This document shows positions 40,201-49,586 of a stretch of 64,000 bases of DNA, piece after piece. The position numbers were made by a program, and so were the translations under genes. The DNA is from a virus (Duplodnaviria > Caudoviricetes). How positions within the stretch are numbered: the first letter of the stretch is position 1; the number at the start of each line of letters is the position of its first letter. The notes under the pieces were generated by a model. The model did no database searches, was not told the DNA's origin, and saw nothing but the letters and a program-made list of their open reading frames with translations. The DNA lies in the IMG/VR virus record IMGVR_UViG_3300027759_000001, one strand, 5' to 3'.

Positions 40201-41651
40201 GAACATCAGGAACTAACGGGACTAGCGGTACTAATGGAACTAGCGGAACAAATGGTACATCGGGAACAAATGGTACCAACGGTACATCAGGTACGAATGG
40301 TACCAATGGAACTTCAGGAACCAACGGGACAAATGGTACATCGGGGACAAATGGTACATCGGGAACAAATGGTACCAACGGTACATCAGGTACGAATGGA
40401 ACAAACGGTACAAATGGAACTTCAGGTACTAACGGAACCAATGGCACTAATGGTACAAGTGGAACAAATGGAACGAATGGTACTAATGGAACCTCAGGAA
40501 CAAATGGAACTAACGGGACTAATGGAACTTCAGGAACAAATGGAACCAATGGTACGAGCGGAACTAATGGGACGAATGGTACTTCAGGTACAAATGGTAC
40601 GAATGGTACTTCAGGTACAAATGGTACGAATGGAACAAATGGTTCAAGTGGTACTAACGGTACTAACGGTACTAACGGAACTAATGGAACGAACGGAACC
40701 TCAGGTACTAATGGAACATCGGGAACAAATGGAACAAATGGAACAAATGGAACATCAGGGACTAACGGAACGAATGGGACATCAGGAACCAATGGAACTT
40801 CTGGAACTAACGGTACGAATGGTACTAACGGAACCTCAGGTACCAACGGAACAAATGGTACTTCAGGTACGAACGGAACTAACGGAACATCAGGAACAAA
40901 CGGTACAAATGGTACAAATGGTACAAATGGTACAAACGGAACAAATGGTACTTCGGGAACAAACGGTACTTCAGGAACGAATGGTACTAACGGAACTTCA
41001 GGAACAAATGGTACCAACGGAACAAATGGTACCAACGGAACTAATGGAACCTCAGGGACTAATGGAACTAACGGAACAAATGGTACCAATGGAACCTCAG
41101 GTACTAACGGAACTAACGGAACTAACGGAACAAATGGTACGAGCGGAACTAATGGTACAAACGGAACATCAGGAACAAATGGAACATCAGGAACGAACGG
41201 TACAAGCGGATCATCACCTGTAGTACCAGGATTAGATAATGAAGTATTAACGTCAGACGGTTCGGGTAATATAGTTGCGGAAACTGATTTTACATATAAC
41301 GGTACTGATAATATATTAACACTAACAAGAAGTTACGATAAGGTTAATACTAAAACGGCAACAAATATTTCAACAACAACAACCATTGACTCATTTACAA
41401 CTAACTTTGGATGTTCGGCAATATTTGAATATTGTATAACAAGTACTAGTGGTCGTAAACGTATGGGTCAAGTATTTGCAACTTGGGACAATACAAGTGC
41501 GGTATTTACAGATATTTCATCCCCCGATTTAAATGCATCAACTGCTGCAGTAACTTGGAAAGTAAGTGTAGTATCGGGTAATGTTGAGTTAGTTGCTAAC
41601 ATTAGTGGTGCTACTTGGGACATATTAGTTGCAACAAGAATCATATTCTAA
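34236..41651 (+). CDS. giant Gly-X-Y (GTN/GTS/GTD) repeat fibre protein 1, 2471 aa
   Basis: Three in-register G-X-Y blocks separated by two globular domains; fibre-like terminal domains. Confidence 0.85.
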   Translation: MPNYQRLTDRVLAPSVSINDILHIVITGDTSQNPAGSSYKATLEQVASVIGSVGTSGTNGTDGTSGTSGVNGTSGTNGSSGANGTSGTNGTSGTSGTSGTSGTNGTNGTNGTNGTNGTSGTSGANGTSGTNGTSGANGTSGTNGTSGTNGTSGTNGTDGSSGTNGTNGTDGTNGTNGTNGTDGTDGTSGTNGSSGTNGTSGTNGSSGTNGTSGISGVNGTSGTNGTSGTNGTDGTSGTNGTDGTSGTNGTDGTSGTNGTDGTSGTNGTDGTNGTNGTDGTSGTNGTDGTNGTNGTDGTSGTNGTDGTSGTNGTDGTNGTDGTSGTNGTDGTSGTNGTDGTSGTNGTDGSSGTNGTDGTSGTNGTDGTSGTNGTDGSSGTNGTDGTSGTNGTDGTSGTNGTDGTSGTNGTSGTNGTNGTSGTNGTSGTNGTNGTNGTNGTSGTNGTSGTNGTSGTNGTNGTSGTNGTNGTSGTNGTSGTNGTSGTNGTDGTSGTNGTDGTSGTNGTDGSSGTNGTDGSSGTNGTDGTSGTNGTDGTSGTNGTDGTSGTNGTNGTDGTNGTDGTSGTNGTDGTNGTDGTSGTNGTDGTSGTNGTDGTSGTNGTNGTDGTSGTNGTDGTSGTNGTNGTDGSSGTNGTDGSSGTNGTDGSSGTNGTSGTDGTDGTSGTNGTDGTSGTNGTDGSSGTNGTDGSSGTNGTDGSSGTNGTDGSSGTNGTDGTSGTNGTNGTDGTSGTNGTDGTNGTNGTDGTNGTDGSSGTNGTDGTSGTNGTDGTSGTNGTDGTSGTNGTDGTSGTNGTDGTSGTNGTDGTNGTDGTSGTNGTDGTSGTNGTNGTNGTDGSSGTNGTDGTSGTNGTDGTNGTDGTSGTNGTDGTSGTNGTDGTSGTNGTDGTSGTSPLICTPFLSGDYYFQSVGSIYNGPSYPNMAWGPGQTLSVYAPEGVIEYMLITGYTASTGAISAVITYCSNVNYKTTSGVNLCLVGEQGTSGTNGTSGTNGTDGTNGTSGTNGTDGTNGTDGTDGTDGTSGTNGTDGTNGTDGTSGTNGTDGTNGTSGTNGTDGTSGTNGTDGSSGTNGTDGSSGTNGTNGTDGTSGTNGTDGTSGTNGTDGSNGTDGTSGTNGTDGTSGISGVNGTSGTNGTNGTSGTNGTDGTSGTNGTDGTSGTNGTDGTSGTNGTDGTSGTNGTDGSSGTNGTDGTSGTNGTNGTNGTDGSSGTNGTDGTNGTNGTDGSSGTNGTDGTNGTDGTSGTNGTDGTSGTNGTDGTNGTDGSSGTNGTDGTNGTDGTSGTNGTDGSNGTDGTSGTNGTDGTSGTNGTSGTNGTSGISGVNGTSGTNGTSGTNGTNGTNGTSGTNGTNGTSGTNGSSGTSGVNGISGGAVYFFNESVTQTPYKEFSPIPTSGSQQTVTVTIANGVTSTIQSYLTPSTYPNVSTIPAGIWSFFLHAYKENNNASFDIFCEVYSRTTGGTETLLFSTDPAPVTTNSPNPSMVLSDGFQGGFSINTTDRILVKVRATNTSNQSHTITFVTEGTTHYSYGQTTLGVINGTSGTNGTSGTNGTSGTNGTNGTSGTNGTSGTNGTNGTSGTNGTSGTNGTNGTSGTNGTSGTNGTNGTSGTNGTNGTSGTNGSSGTNGTSGTNGTSGTNGTNGTSGTNGTNGTSGTNGTSGTNGTNGTNGTSGTNGTDGTSGTNGTDGTNGTSGTNGTSGTNGTNGTNGTSGTNGTNGTNGTNGTNGTDGTSGTNGTNGTNGTNGTSGTNGTSGTNGTNGTNGTSGTNGTNGTSGTNGTSGTNGTNGTSGTNGTNGTSGTNGTSGTNGTNGTSGTNGTNGTSGTNGTNGTSGTNGTSGTNGTSGVSGASGTSGTNGTNGTNGTSGTNGTNGTSGTNGTNGTSGTNGTNGTSGTNGTNGTNGTSGTNGTSGTNGTSGTNGTNGTNGTSGTNGTNGSSGTNGTSGTNGTNGTSGTNGTNGTSGTNGTNGTNGTSGTNGTNGTSGTNGTNGTSGTNGTNGTSGTNGTSGTNGTSGTNGTSGTNGTNGTSGTNGTNGTSGTNGTNGTSGTNGTSGTNGTNGTSGTNGTNGTNGTSGTNGTNGTNGTSGTNGTNGTNGTSGTNGTNGTNGTSGTNGTNGTSGTNGTNGTSGTNGTNGTSGTNGTNGTNGSSGTNGTNGTNGTNGTNGTSGTNGTSGTNGTNGTNGTSGTNGTNGTSGTNGTSGTNGTNGTNGTSGTNGTNGTSGTNGTNGTSGTNGTNGTNGTNGTNGTNGTSGTNGTSGTNGTNGTSGTNGTNGTNGTNGTNGTSGTNGTNGTNGTNGTSGTNGTNGTNGTNGTSGTNGTNGTSGTNGTSGTNGTSGSSPVVPGLDNEVLTSDGSGNIVAETDFTYNGTDNILTLTRSYDKVNTKTATNISTTTTIDSFTTNFGCSAIFEYCITSTSGRKRMGQVFATWDNTSAVFTDISSPDLNASTAAVTWKVSVVSGNVELVANISGATWDILVATRIIF
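34386..36905 (+). repeat. G-X-Y block 1 (280 triplets)
   Basis: 2520 nt, Gly every third residue. Confidence 0.95.
37158..38336 (+). repeat. G-X-Y block 2 (131 triplets)
   Basis: 1179 nt. Confidence 0.95.
38832..41216 (+). repeat. G-X-Y block 3 (265 triplets)
   Basis: 2385 nt. Confidence 0.95.
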
Positions 41652-41704
41652 AATCAATCTTTCATTTAATTTTTCTTTTTAGATAATAAAGTTTACTTAA
41701 CTAA

Positions 41705-41712
41705 TATTTATT
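41705..41712 (+). promoter_or_regulatory. putative late promoter TATTTATT
   Basis: 55 nt upstream of ATG 41768. Confidence 0.5.
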
Positions 41713-41767
41713 TAATAACAAATAAATCAAAGGATTTTCTTTTGGATAGGGAAAAAAGAAAAAATAG

Positions 41768-44700
41768 ATGGCAAATGAATTCATAGCCCGTAATGGGGTC
41801 AAATCATTAGGTGGTGTTACATTTCCATATACTGGAGTGAGCACCACATACACAATTAATTCGGATAATTATCTAATTGATTGTACTAGCGGGACATTTA
41901 ATGTCACCCTTCCAACTTCTGCAGGTATTGCAGGACAAATCTTTGTAATTAAAAATAGTGGATCAGGAACAATAACTCTTGCAACAACAGGAGGTCAAAC
42001 TATAGATGGAAGTTCAACAAAAACATTAACACAATATGGATCAATAACCGTACAAAGTGACGGTTCAAATTGGGATATTGCGGGATCTGACGGAACGTCA
42101 GGAACTAACGGCACTAGCGGAACATCAGGAACAAATGGTACCAACGGTACTAATGGAACATCAGGTACAAATGGAACTAACGGTTCAAGTGGAACTAACG
42201 GTACAAATGGGACATCGGGAACCAATGGAACTAACGGTACAAACGGTACTTCAGGAACAAATGGTACAAATGGAACAAACGGAACGTCAGGTACAAACGG
42301 TACTAGCGGAACGAATGGTACTAACGGAACAAATGGTACGAGTGGAACTAACGGAACTAATGGTACATCAGGTACAAATGGTACTTCAGGAACTAATGGG
42401 ACTAACGGAACTTCAGGAACTAATGGTACTTCAGGAACTAACGGTACGAATGGAACTAATGGGACTTCAGGTACGAATGGTACTAATGGAACATCAGGGA
42501 CTAACGGAACAAATGGAACTTCAGGTACTAATGGAACTAATGGTACTAATGGAACTTCAGGTACTAATGGAACTAATGGTACTAATGGAACGTCGGGTAC
42601 TAATGGAACCAACGGAACATCGGGAACCAATGGGACTAACGGTACAAATGGAACATCAGGTACAAATGGAACATCAGGTACAAATGGAACTAACGGATCT
42701 TCAGGAACCAATGGAACTAATGGTACAAACGGAACTAGCGGTACGAATGGAACTTCAGGAACAAATGGAACATCAGGAACTAACGGCACAAATGGTACTA
42801 ATGGATCATCAGGAACTAATGGAACGTCAGGAACAAATGGAACCAACGGTACAAATGGTACTTCAGGAACTAACGGAACAAATGGTACAAATGGAACTTC
42901 AGGGACTAACGGAACTTCAGGAACTAATGGTACCAACGGAACATCGGGTACTAATGGAACTAATGGTACTAACGGAACAAATGGAACATCGGGTACTAAC
43001 GGGACTAATGGTACAAACGGAACTTCAGGAACTAACGGAACAAATGGTACGAGTGGGACCAATGGAACTAACGGTACTTCAGGAACTAACGGAACAAATG
43101 GTACGAGTGGGACCAATGGAACAAATGGTACTTCAGGAACTAATGGTACGAGCGGGACTAATGGAACAAATGGAACATCAGGTACTAACGGTACAAACGG
43201 TACTTCAGGAACGAATGGAACTTCAGGTACTAATGGAACTAATGGTACAAACGGAACATCAGGAACCAACGGTACAAATGGTACCAACGGAACTAGCGGA
43301 ACAAATGGAACTAACGGAACTAACGGAACATCAGGTACTAATGGAACTAATGGAACATCAGGAACAAATGGTACCAACGGAACTAGCGGAACAAATGGGT
43401 CTTCAGGTACGAATGGTACCAACGGAACTAGCGGTACAAATGGAACAAATGGAACTAACGGTACAAATGGCACGAGTGGGACCAATGGAACAAACGGTAC
43501 TTCAGGTACAAATGGAACTAATGGTACAAATGGAACAAATGGTACGAGCGGGACTAATGGAACTTCAGGTACAAACGGAACATCAGGAACGAATGGAACT
43601 AATGGAACTAATGGAACTTCAGGTACAAACGGAACCTCAGGAACGAATGGAACTAATGGAACTTCAGGTACTAACGGAACCTCAGGAACAAATGGTACGA
43701 ATGGATCATCAGGTACAAACGGAACGAATGGAACATCAGGAACAAATGGTACCAACGGAACTAGCGGAACAAACGGTACTTCAGGAACAAACGGTACTTC
43801 AGGAACGAATGGTACCAACGGAACTAGCGGTACTAATGGAACAAGCGGCACAAATGGAACGAATGGTACAAATGGAACCAACGGAACATCAGGTACCAAC
43901 GGAACTAATGGTACAAACGGAACTAGCGGACTTTCTGGTGTTGATGGTACTGATGGAACATCAGGAACAAACGGAACTAGCGGAACTAATGGTACCTCAG
44001 GAACAAGAGGAACTAGCGGAACAAATGGTACAAATGGTACCAACGGAACTAGCGGAACAAATGGTACCAACGGAACAAATGGTACTAATGGAACTTCGGG
44101 AACAAATGGCACAAATGGTACTTCAGGAACAAATGGTACTAACGGAACCTCAGGTACTAATGGGACTTCAGGAACTAATGGAACAAATGGCACATCAGGA
44201 ACAAATGGTACTAACGGAACTTCAGGTACAAATGGAACATCTGGGACAAACGGTACAAATGGTACTAACGGAACATCAGGAACGAATGGTACAAATGGAA
44301 CTTCAGGAACGAATGGTACAAACGGAACTAATGGAACAAATGGAACGAATGGAACCTCAGGTACGAATGGTACTTCAGGAACGAATGGAACTAACGGTAC
44401 TAATGGAACTAGCGGTACAAATGGTACGAACGGAACTAGCGGTACAAATGGTACTTCGGGAACAAATGGAACAAACGGAACTTCAGGTACAAATGGTACT
44501 AACGGAACTTCAGGTACAAATGGAACATCTGGGACAAACGGTACAAATGGTACTAACGGAACATCAGGAACAAATGGTACAAATGGAACTTCAGGAACGA
44601 ATGGTACAAACGGAACTAGCGGGACTAATGGAACTTCAGGAACGAATGGTACAAACGGAACTAATGGAACAAATGGAACGAATGGAACCTCAGGTACTAA

Positions 44701-47700
44701 CGGAACGAACGGAACATCAGGAACTAATGGAACCAATGGTACAAATGGAACAAATGGCTCAAGTGGTACAAACGGAACTTCAGGTACTAACGGAACATCG
44801 GGTACAAACGGAACTAACGGCACTTCAGGTACTAATGGAACTAGCGGTACTAACGGAACAAATGGAACTTCAGGAACAAATGGTACTAACGGAACGAATG
44901 GTACGAGCGGGACCAATGGTACATCAGGGACAAACGGAACGAATGGAACTAATGGCACTAGCGGTACAAATGGAACAAATGGTACTAACGGGACAAATGG
45001 TTCAAGTGGAACTAATGGAACTTCGGGCACTAACGGAACAAACGGTACTAGCGGAACGAATGGTACTAGCGGAACGAATGGAACAAATGGAACGTCAGGA
45101 ACTAATGGTACGAACGGAACAAATGGTACATCAGGTACTAATGGAACTAGCGGAACGAATGGTACAAATGGAACTAGCGGTACCAACGGGACTAATGGTA
45201 CAAACGGAACTTCAGGTACCAACGGAACTAATGGTACTAGCGGAACTAATGGTACTAACGGAACATCGGGAACGAATGGGACAAATGGAACTTCAGGTAC
45301 AAACGGAACATCAGGGACTAATGGAACAAATGGAACTAGCGGTACGAATGGAACCAATGGTACAAATGGTACTTCAGGAACTAATGGTACTAATGGAACG
45401 AACGGAACCAATGGTACGTCAGGGACAAATGGAACTTCAGGCACAAACGGGACTAACGGATCATCAGGGACCAATGGAACGAATGGTACAAGCGGTACTA
45501 ACGGAACTAGTGGGACAAACGGAACAAATGGTTCAAGTGGTACCAACGGTACTAATGGTACTAGCGGTACGAATGGAACTAGCGGTACAAACGGAACATC
45601 GGGAACGAATGGTACTAACGGTACAAATGGTACTTCAGGGACAAACGGAACAAATGGTACTAGTGGAACTAATGGAACCAACGGTACTAGCGGAACAAAC
45701 GGAACTAGCGGAACAAACGGAACCTCAGGAACAAATGGAACAAATGGTACTAGCGGAACTAATGGAACGTCAGGAACTAACGGAACAAATGGTTCAAGTG
45801 GAACCAACGGTACGAATGGTACTTCAGGTACAAATGGAACTAGCGGCACAAATGGAACTAACGGAACTAGCGGTACTAATGGTACTTCAGGAACAAATGG
45901 CACAAACGGAACTAATGGAACAAATGGTTCAAGTGGTACCAACGGTACAAATGGAACATCCGGAACTAATGGTACTTCAGGGACAAACGGAACAAACGGT
46001 ACGAATGGTACTAACGGAACAAGTGGAACTAACGGAACAAGTGGGACGAATGGTACTAATGGAACATCAGGAACCAACGGAACTTCTGGAACTAATGGAA
46101 CAAATGGTACTAGTGGAACTAACGGTACTAATGGTTCAAGTGGAACGAATGGTACTAATGGAACTTCAGGTACTAACGGTACTAATGGAACATCAGGAAC
46201 AAACGGAACTTCGGGAACCAATGGAACAAACGGTACATCAGGTACTAACGGAACAAGTGGGACGAATGGTACTAATGGAACTAGCGGAACGAATGGAACA
46301 TCAGGTACGAATGGTACAAACGGAACTTCGGGTACAAACGGAACATCGGGTACGAATGGAACGTCAGGAACGAACGGAACCAATGGCACATCGGGAACTA
46401 ATGGTACTAATGGTACATCAGGGACGAATGGAACAAATGGTACTAACGGAACTAGCGGAACAAACGGAACTAGCGGAACGAATGGTACGAACGGATCTTC
46501 AGGCACTAATGGTACATCGGGGACAAATGGAACCAACGGTACAAATGGAACTAATGGAACCAACGGGACTTCAGGCACAAATGGGACTAGCGGAACGAAT
46601 GGAACTAACGGAACGTCAGGTACAAATGGAACAAACGGAACTAATGGTACTAACGGTACAAGTGGTACAAATGGAACCTCAGGTACAAATGGAACAAACG
46701 GAACTAATGGTACTAACGGTACAAGTGGTACAAATGGGACTTCAGGTACAAACGGTACGAATGGTACTAACGGAACATCAGGTACAAACGGTACTAATGG
46801 TACTAGCGGTACGAATGGAACTAACGGCACATCAGGGACTAACGGAACTTCAGGTACGAATGGAACAAATGGTACGAGCGGGACCAATGGAACTAACGGA
46901 ACTTCAGGTACGAATGGAACATCAGGAACTAACGGAACTAGCGGAACGAATGGTACAAATGGAACTAGCGGAACAAATGGAACATCAGGTACAAATGGTA
47001 CCTCAGGAACAAGAGGAACTAGCGGAACAAATGGTACAAACGGAACCAATGGTACGAGCGGAACAAATGGAACTAATGGAACATCAGGAACTAACGGAAC
47101 ATCCGGTACGAATGGAACAAATGGTTCAAGCGGAACTAACGGAACTAACGGATCATCAGGTACAAACGGAACTTCGGGAACCAATGGTACAAACGGTACA
47201 TCAGGAACTAATGGAACTTCAGGTACAAATGGAACTAACGGTACTAATGGTACGTCAGGTACAAATGGAACCAATGGTACATCAGGTACTAACGGAACTT
47301 CAGGTACTAATGGAACTAATGGTACTAATGGAACAAACGGTACTTCAGGAACAAATGGAACGAATGGTACTAACGGAACTAGTGGAACAAATGGTACTAA
47401 CGGAACAAACGGTACGAATGGGACTTCAGGAACTAACGGCACAAGCGGGACAAATGGTACTAACGGTACAAGCGGGACAAATGGAACGTCAGGAACTAAT
47501 GGTACGAACGGAACAAATGGTACATCAGGTACTAATGGAACTAGCGGAACGAATGGTACAAATGGATCTTCAGGAACAAATGGAACAAATGGATCTTCAG
47601 GAACAAATGGAACAAATGGAACAAATGGATCTTCAGGAACAAATGGAACAAATGGATCTTCAGGTACGAACGGCACATCAGGAACTAATGGTACAAATGG

Positions 47701-48700
47701 TACTTCAGGAACAAATGGTACTTCAGGAACAAATGGTACGAGCGGGACCAATGGAACAAATGGAACCAATGGAACCAATGGAACATCAGGTACTAATGGC
47801 ACTTCAGGTACCAACGGTACAAATGGTACCAACGGAACTAGCGGCACAAATGGTACTAATGGATCATCAGGTACTAACGGAACTTCAGGGACAAATGGCA
47901 CTAACGGAACATCAGGAACCAACGGTACAAATGGAACTTCAGGTACAAATGGCACTAATGGTACTAGCGGAACAAACGGTACAAATGGATCATCAGGTAC
48001 GAATGGAACTTCAGGTGTTAGTGGAGCGTCAGGTACTTCAGGTACTAATGGTACAAATGGATCATCAGGAACTAACGGAACATCGGGTACTAATGGAACA
48101 GGATTTAATTCAATATCACCAACAACAGATAATAATGTGTTAACTGCTAATGGAACCGCAAATTCAGCGAACTCAGAACCAAACTTAACATTCAATGCTT
48201 CAACAAACTTATTAACAGTAACGGGTAATGAAACTGTTAGTGGTATTTTAACTAGTCAATCTTCGGGATCATTAGTTGCAAATGGTAAATGGTCTTTAAT
48301 GGGTAACCCTACAACTTTGTTAACCTCAAATAGTTATTATGGTGAAGTCGTAACATTTGGGGGGGCAGGTGCAACCACCCAATTTTATATGTATTATTGG
48401 TCTAGTGGAAGTACGTGGGAACTTACTGACGCCAACGCGGCGGCAACATCAAGGGGGTTAATATCAATGGCAATAGATACTAGTTTCAGTGGAGGGATGA
48501 TGTTAAGAGGATATGTATATAATTCAACATGGAACTGGACACCAGGAGCAACATTATATTTAAGTGCCTCTGGCGCTGCCGGGGTTATAACATCAACACA
48601 ACCTTCAGGTAGTGCGGATATTGTAAGAGTTGTTGGATATGCCATTAGTGCCGATTTAATTTACTTTAATCCTTCGCAAGATTGGATTGAGTTAGCATAA
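41768..48700 (+). CDS. giant Gly-X-Y (GTN/GTS) repeat fibre protein 2, 2310 aa
   Basis: N-terminal tail-fibre-type domain (VTLP...G...IKN...TIDG...SDGSNW), one uninterrupted G-X-Y block, globular C-terminus. Confidence 0.85.
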   Translation: MANEFIARNGVKSLGGVTFPYTGVSTTYTINSDNYLIDCTSGTFNVTLPTSAGIAGQIFVIKNSGSGTITLATTGGQTIDGSSTKTLTQYGSITVQSDGSNWDIAGSDGTSGTNGTSGTSGTNGTNGTNGTSGTNGTNGSSGTNGTNGTSGTNGTNGTNGTSGTNGTNGTNGTSGTNGTSGTNGTNGTNGTSGTNGTNGTSGTNGTSGTNGTNGTSGTNGTSGTNGTNGTNGTSGTNGTNGTSGTNGTNGTSGTNGTNGTNGTSGTNGTNGTNGTSGTNGTNGTSGTNGTNGTNGTSGTNGTSGTNGTNGSSGTNGTNGTNGTSGTNGTSGTNGTSGTNGTNGTNGSSGTNGTSGTNGTNGTNGTSGTNGTNGTNGTSGTNGTSGTNGTNGTSGTNGTNGTNGTNGTSGTNGTNGTNGTSGTNGTNGTSGTNGTNGTSGTNGTNGTSGTNGTNGTSGTNGTSGTNGTNGTSGTNGTNGTSGTNGTSGTNGTNGTNGTSGTNGTNGTNGTSGTNGTNGTNGTSGTNGTNGTSGTNGTNGTSGTNGSSGTNGTNGTSGTNGTNGTNGTNGTSGTNGTNGTSGTNGTNGTNGTNGTSGTNGTSGTNGTSGTNGTNGTNGTSGTNGTSGTNGTNGTSGTNGTSGTNGTNGSSGTNGTNGTSGTNGTNGTSGTNGTSGTNGTSGTNGTNGTSGTNGTSGTNGTNGTNGTNGTSGTNGTNGTNGTSGLSGVDGTDGTSGTNGTSGTNGTSGTRGTSGTNGTNGTNGTSGTNGTNGTNGTNGTSGTNGTNGTSGTNGTNGTSGTNGTSGTNGTNGTSGTNGTNGTSGTNGTSGTNGTNGTNGTSGTNGTNGTSGTNGTNGTNGTNGTNGTSGTNGTSGTNGTNGTNGTSGTNGTNGTSGTNGTSGTNGTNGTSGTNGTNGTSGTNGTSGTNGTNGTNGTSGTNGTNGTSGTNGTNGTSGTNGTSGTNGTNGTNGTNGTNGTSGTNGTNGTSGTNGTNGTNGTNGSSGTNGTSGTNGTSGTNGTNGTSGTNGTSGTNGTNGTSGTNGTNGTNGTSGTNGTSGTNGTNGTNGTSGTNGTNGTNGTNGSSGTNGTSGTNGTNGTSGTNGTSGTNGTNGTSGTNGTNGTNGTSGTNGTSGTNGTNGTSGTNGTNGTNGTSGTNGTNGTSGTNGTNGTSGTNGTNGTSGTNGTSGTNGTNGTSGTNGTNGTNGTSGTNGTNGTNGTNGTSGTNGTSGTNGTNGSSGTNGTNGTSGTNGTSGTNGTNGSSGTNGTNGTSGTNGTSGTNGTSGTNGTNGTNGTSGTNGTNGTSGTNGTNGTSGTNGTSGTNGTSGTNGTNGTSGTNGTSGTNGTNGSSGTNGTNGTSGTNGTSGTNGTNGTSGTNGTSGTNGTNGTNGTNGSSGTNGTNGTSGTNGTSGTNGTNGTNGTNGTSGTNGTSGTNGTNGTSGTNGTSGTNGTNGTSGTNGTNGSSGTNGTNGTSGTNGTNGTSGTNGTSGTNGTNGTSGTNGTSGTNGTNGTSGTNGTSGTNGTNGTSGTNGTSGTNGTSGTNGTNGTSGTNGTNGTSGTNGTNGTNGTSGTNGTSGTNGTNGSSGTNGTSGTNGTNGTNGTNGTNGTSGTNGTSGTNGTNGTSGTNGTNGTNGTNGTSGTNGTSGTNGTNGTNGTNGTSGTNGTSGTNGTNGTNGTSGTNGTNGTSGTNGTNGTSGTNGTSGTNGTNGTSGTNGTNGTSGTNGTSGTNGTSGTNGTNGTSGTNGTSGTNGTSGTRGTSGTNGTNGTNGTSGTNGTNGTSGTNGTSGTNGTNGSSGTNGTNGSSGTNGTSGTNGTNGTSGTNGTSGTNGTNGTNGTSGTNGTNGTSGTNGTSGTNGTNGTNGTNGTSGTNGTNGTNGTSGTNGTNGTNGTNGTSGTNGTSGTNGTNGTSGTNGTSGTNGTNGTNGTSGTNGTSGTNGTNGSSGTNGTNGSSGTNGTNGTNGSSGTNGTNGSSGTNGTSGTNGTNGTSGTNGTSGTNGTSGTNGTNGTNGTNGTSGTNGTSGTNGTNGTNGTSGTNGTNGSSGTNGTSGTNGTNGTSGTNGTNGTSGTNGTNGTSGTNGTNGSSGTNGTSGVSGASGTSGTNGTNGSSGTNGTSGTNGTGFNSISPTTDNNVLTANGTANSANSEPNLTFNASTNLLTVTGNETVSGILTSQSSGSLVANGKWSLMGNPTTLLTSNSYYGEVVTFGGAGATTQFYMYYWSSGSTWELTDANAAATSRGLISMAIDTSFSGGMMLRGYVYNSTWNWTPGATLYLSASGAAGVITSTQPSGSADIVRVVGYAISADLIYFNPSQDWIELA
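42083..48094 (+). repeat. G-X-Y block (668 triplets)
   Basis: 6012 nt in register. Confidence 0.95.
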
Positions 48701-48708
48701 TACTTATA
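48701..48708 (+). promoter_or_regulatory. late motif variant TACTTATA
   Basis: Directly after the stop codon, 3 nt upstream of ATG 48712. Confidence 0.5.
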
Positions 48709-48711
48709 GTA

Positions 48712-49551
48712 ATGGCAATAATAACTAAATTAAATGACGTTTTATGTGTTAACATTTCAAAAATTGATAATGTTTTAAAAAGTAATGCGAAATTTTTTGA
48801 TGATAATACTTTTTGCCCAACACCAACACCTACACCAACAACTCCAGTTGGGACACCAACACCAACACCTACAAGAACATTAACTCCAACACCAACATTA
48901 ACAAGAACATTAACTCCAACACCAACAAATACACCTACATTAACTCAGACATTAACTCCAACACCAACAAATACACCTACATTAACTCAGACATTAACTC
49001 CAACTCCAACAAATACACCAACATTAACTCAGACATTAACTCCAACTCCAACAAATACACCAACATTAACAAGAACATTAACTCCAACTCCAACAAATAC
49101 ACCTACATTAACAAGAACATTAACACCAACGCCAACAAATACTCCTACATTAACAAGAACATTAACTCCAACACCAACAAATACTCCTACATTATCACAA
49201 ACATTAACTCCAACTCCAACAAATACGCCAACACCAACACAAAGATTAAGTTCAACGCCAACACCAACACCAACTCCAACTCTAACACCAACTACACCAT
49301 GTGGTAAAGATTGTTGTTATATAGAACTTTGTTATAGTACAATTGACTGTACGGACGCTTGTCAATGTAATCAAACTGTTAATGTATACCTATCTATTTG
49401 TAAATATACCGCATGTAGATTATCAAACGCATTTGGAATATTTGTAGATGACTCATGTACAACACCTGCGGCAGATGGTTACTATTCTAATACTGTTGAT
49501 TGTTATTATTGGGATGGGTCTTCCTCTTTAACATATCAAGGTCCTTGTTAA
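48712..49551 (+). CDS. Pro-Thr mucin-like putative virion protein with Cys-rich C-terminal domain
   Basis: Short N-terminal domain, ([12 protein letters not shown]) repeats, C-terminal domain with about 9 Cys. Confidence 0.85.
   Translation: MAIITKLNDVLCVNISKIDNVLKSNAKFFDDNTFCPTPTPTPTTPVGTPTPTPTRTLTPTPTLTRTLTPTPTNTPTLTQTLTPTPTNTPTLTQTLTPTPTNTPTLTQTLTPTPTNTPTLTRTLTPTPTNTPTLTRTLTPTPTNTPTLTRTLTPTPTNTPTLSQTLTPTPTNTPTPTQRLSSTPTPTPTPTLTPTTPCGKDCCYIELCYSTIDCTDACQCNQTVNVYLSICKYTACRLSNAFGIFVDDSCTTPAADGYYSNTVDCYYWDGSSSLTYQGPC
48901..49236 (+). repeat. 8 x 42-nt tandem repeat (T[RQ][12 protein letters not shown])
   Basis: Units start at 48901, 48943, 48985, 49027, 49069, 49111, 49153, 49195. Confidence 0.95.
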
Positions 49552-49552
49552 T

Positions 49553-49581
49553 AAAAAACCCCCACTTTAAAGGTGAGGGTT
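49553..49581 (-). terminator. intrinsic terminator between convergent genes
   Basis: Minus strand AACCCTCAC-CTTTAAA-GTGGGGGTT followed by T-tract. Confidence 0.8.
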
Positions 49582-49586
49582 AAGAT

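Noticed and set aside
42083-48094. Whole-block doubling suggested by GTR landmarks 3006 nt apart (half of 6012)
   Set aside because: Other landmarks (GLSGVD at about 43929, GVSGAS at 48014) have no partner at plus or minus 3006; likely coincidence.
34349-48195. Very long alternative-frame and antisense ORFs over the G-X-Y genes (up to 2028 aa MELQEL... and 2066 aa VPLVPF...)
   Set aside because: They are forced by composition. Codons for G/T/N/S/D never have T in position 2, so the +1 frame cannot contain stops. They never begin with TA or CA, so that antisense frame cannot contain stops either. No independent coding signal.
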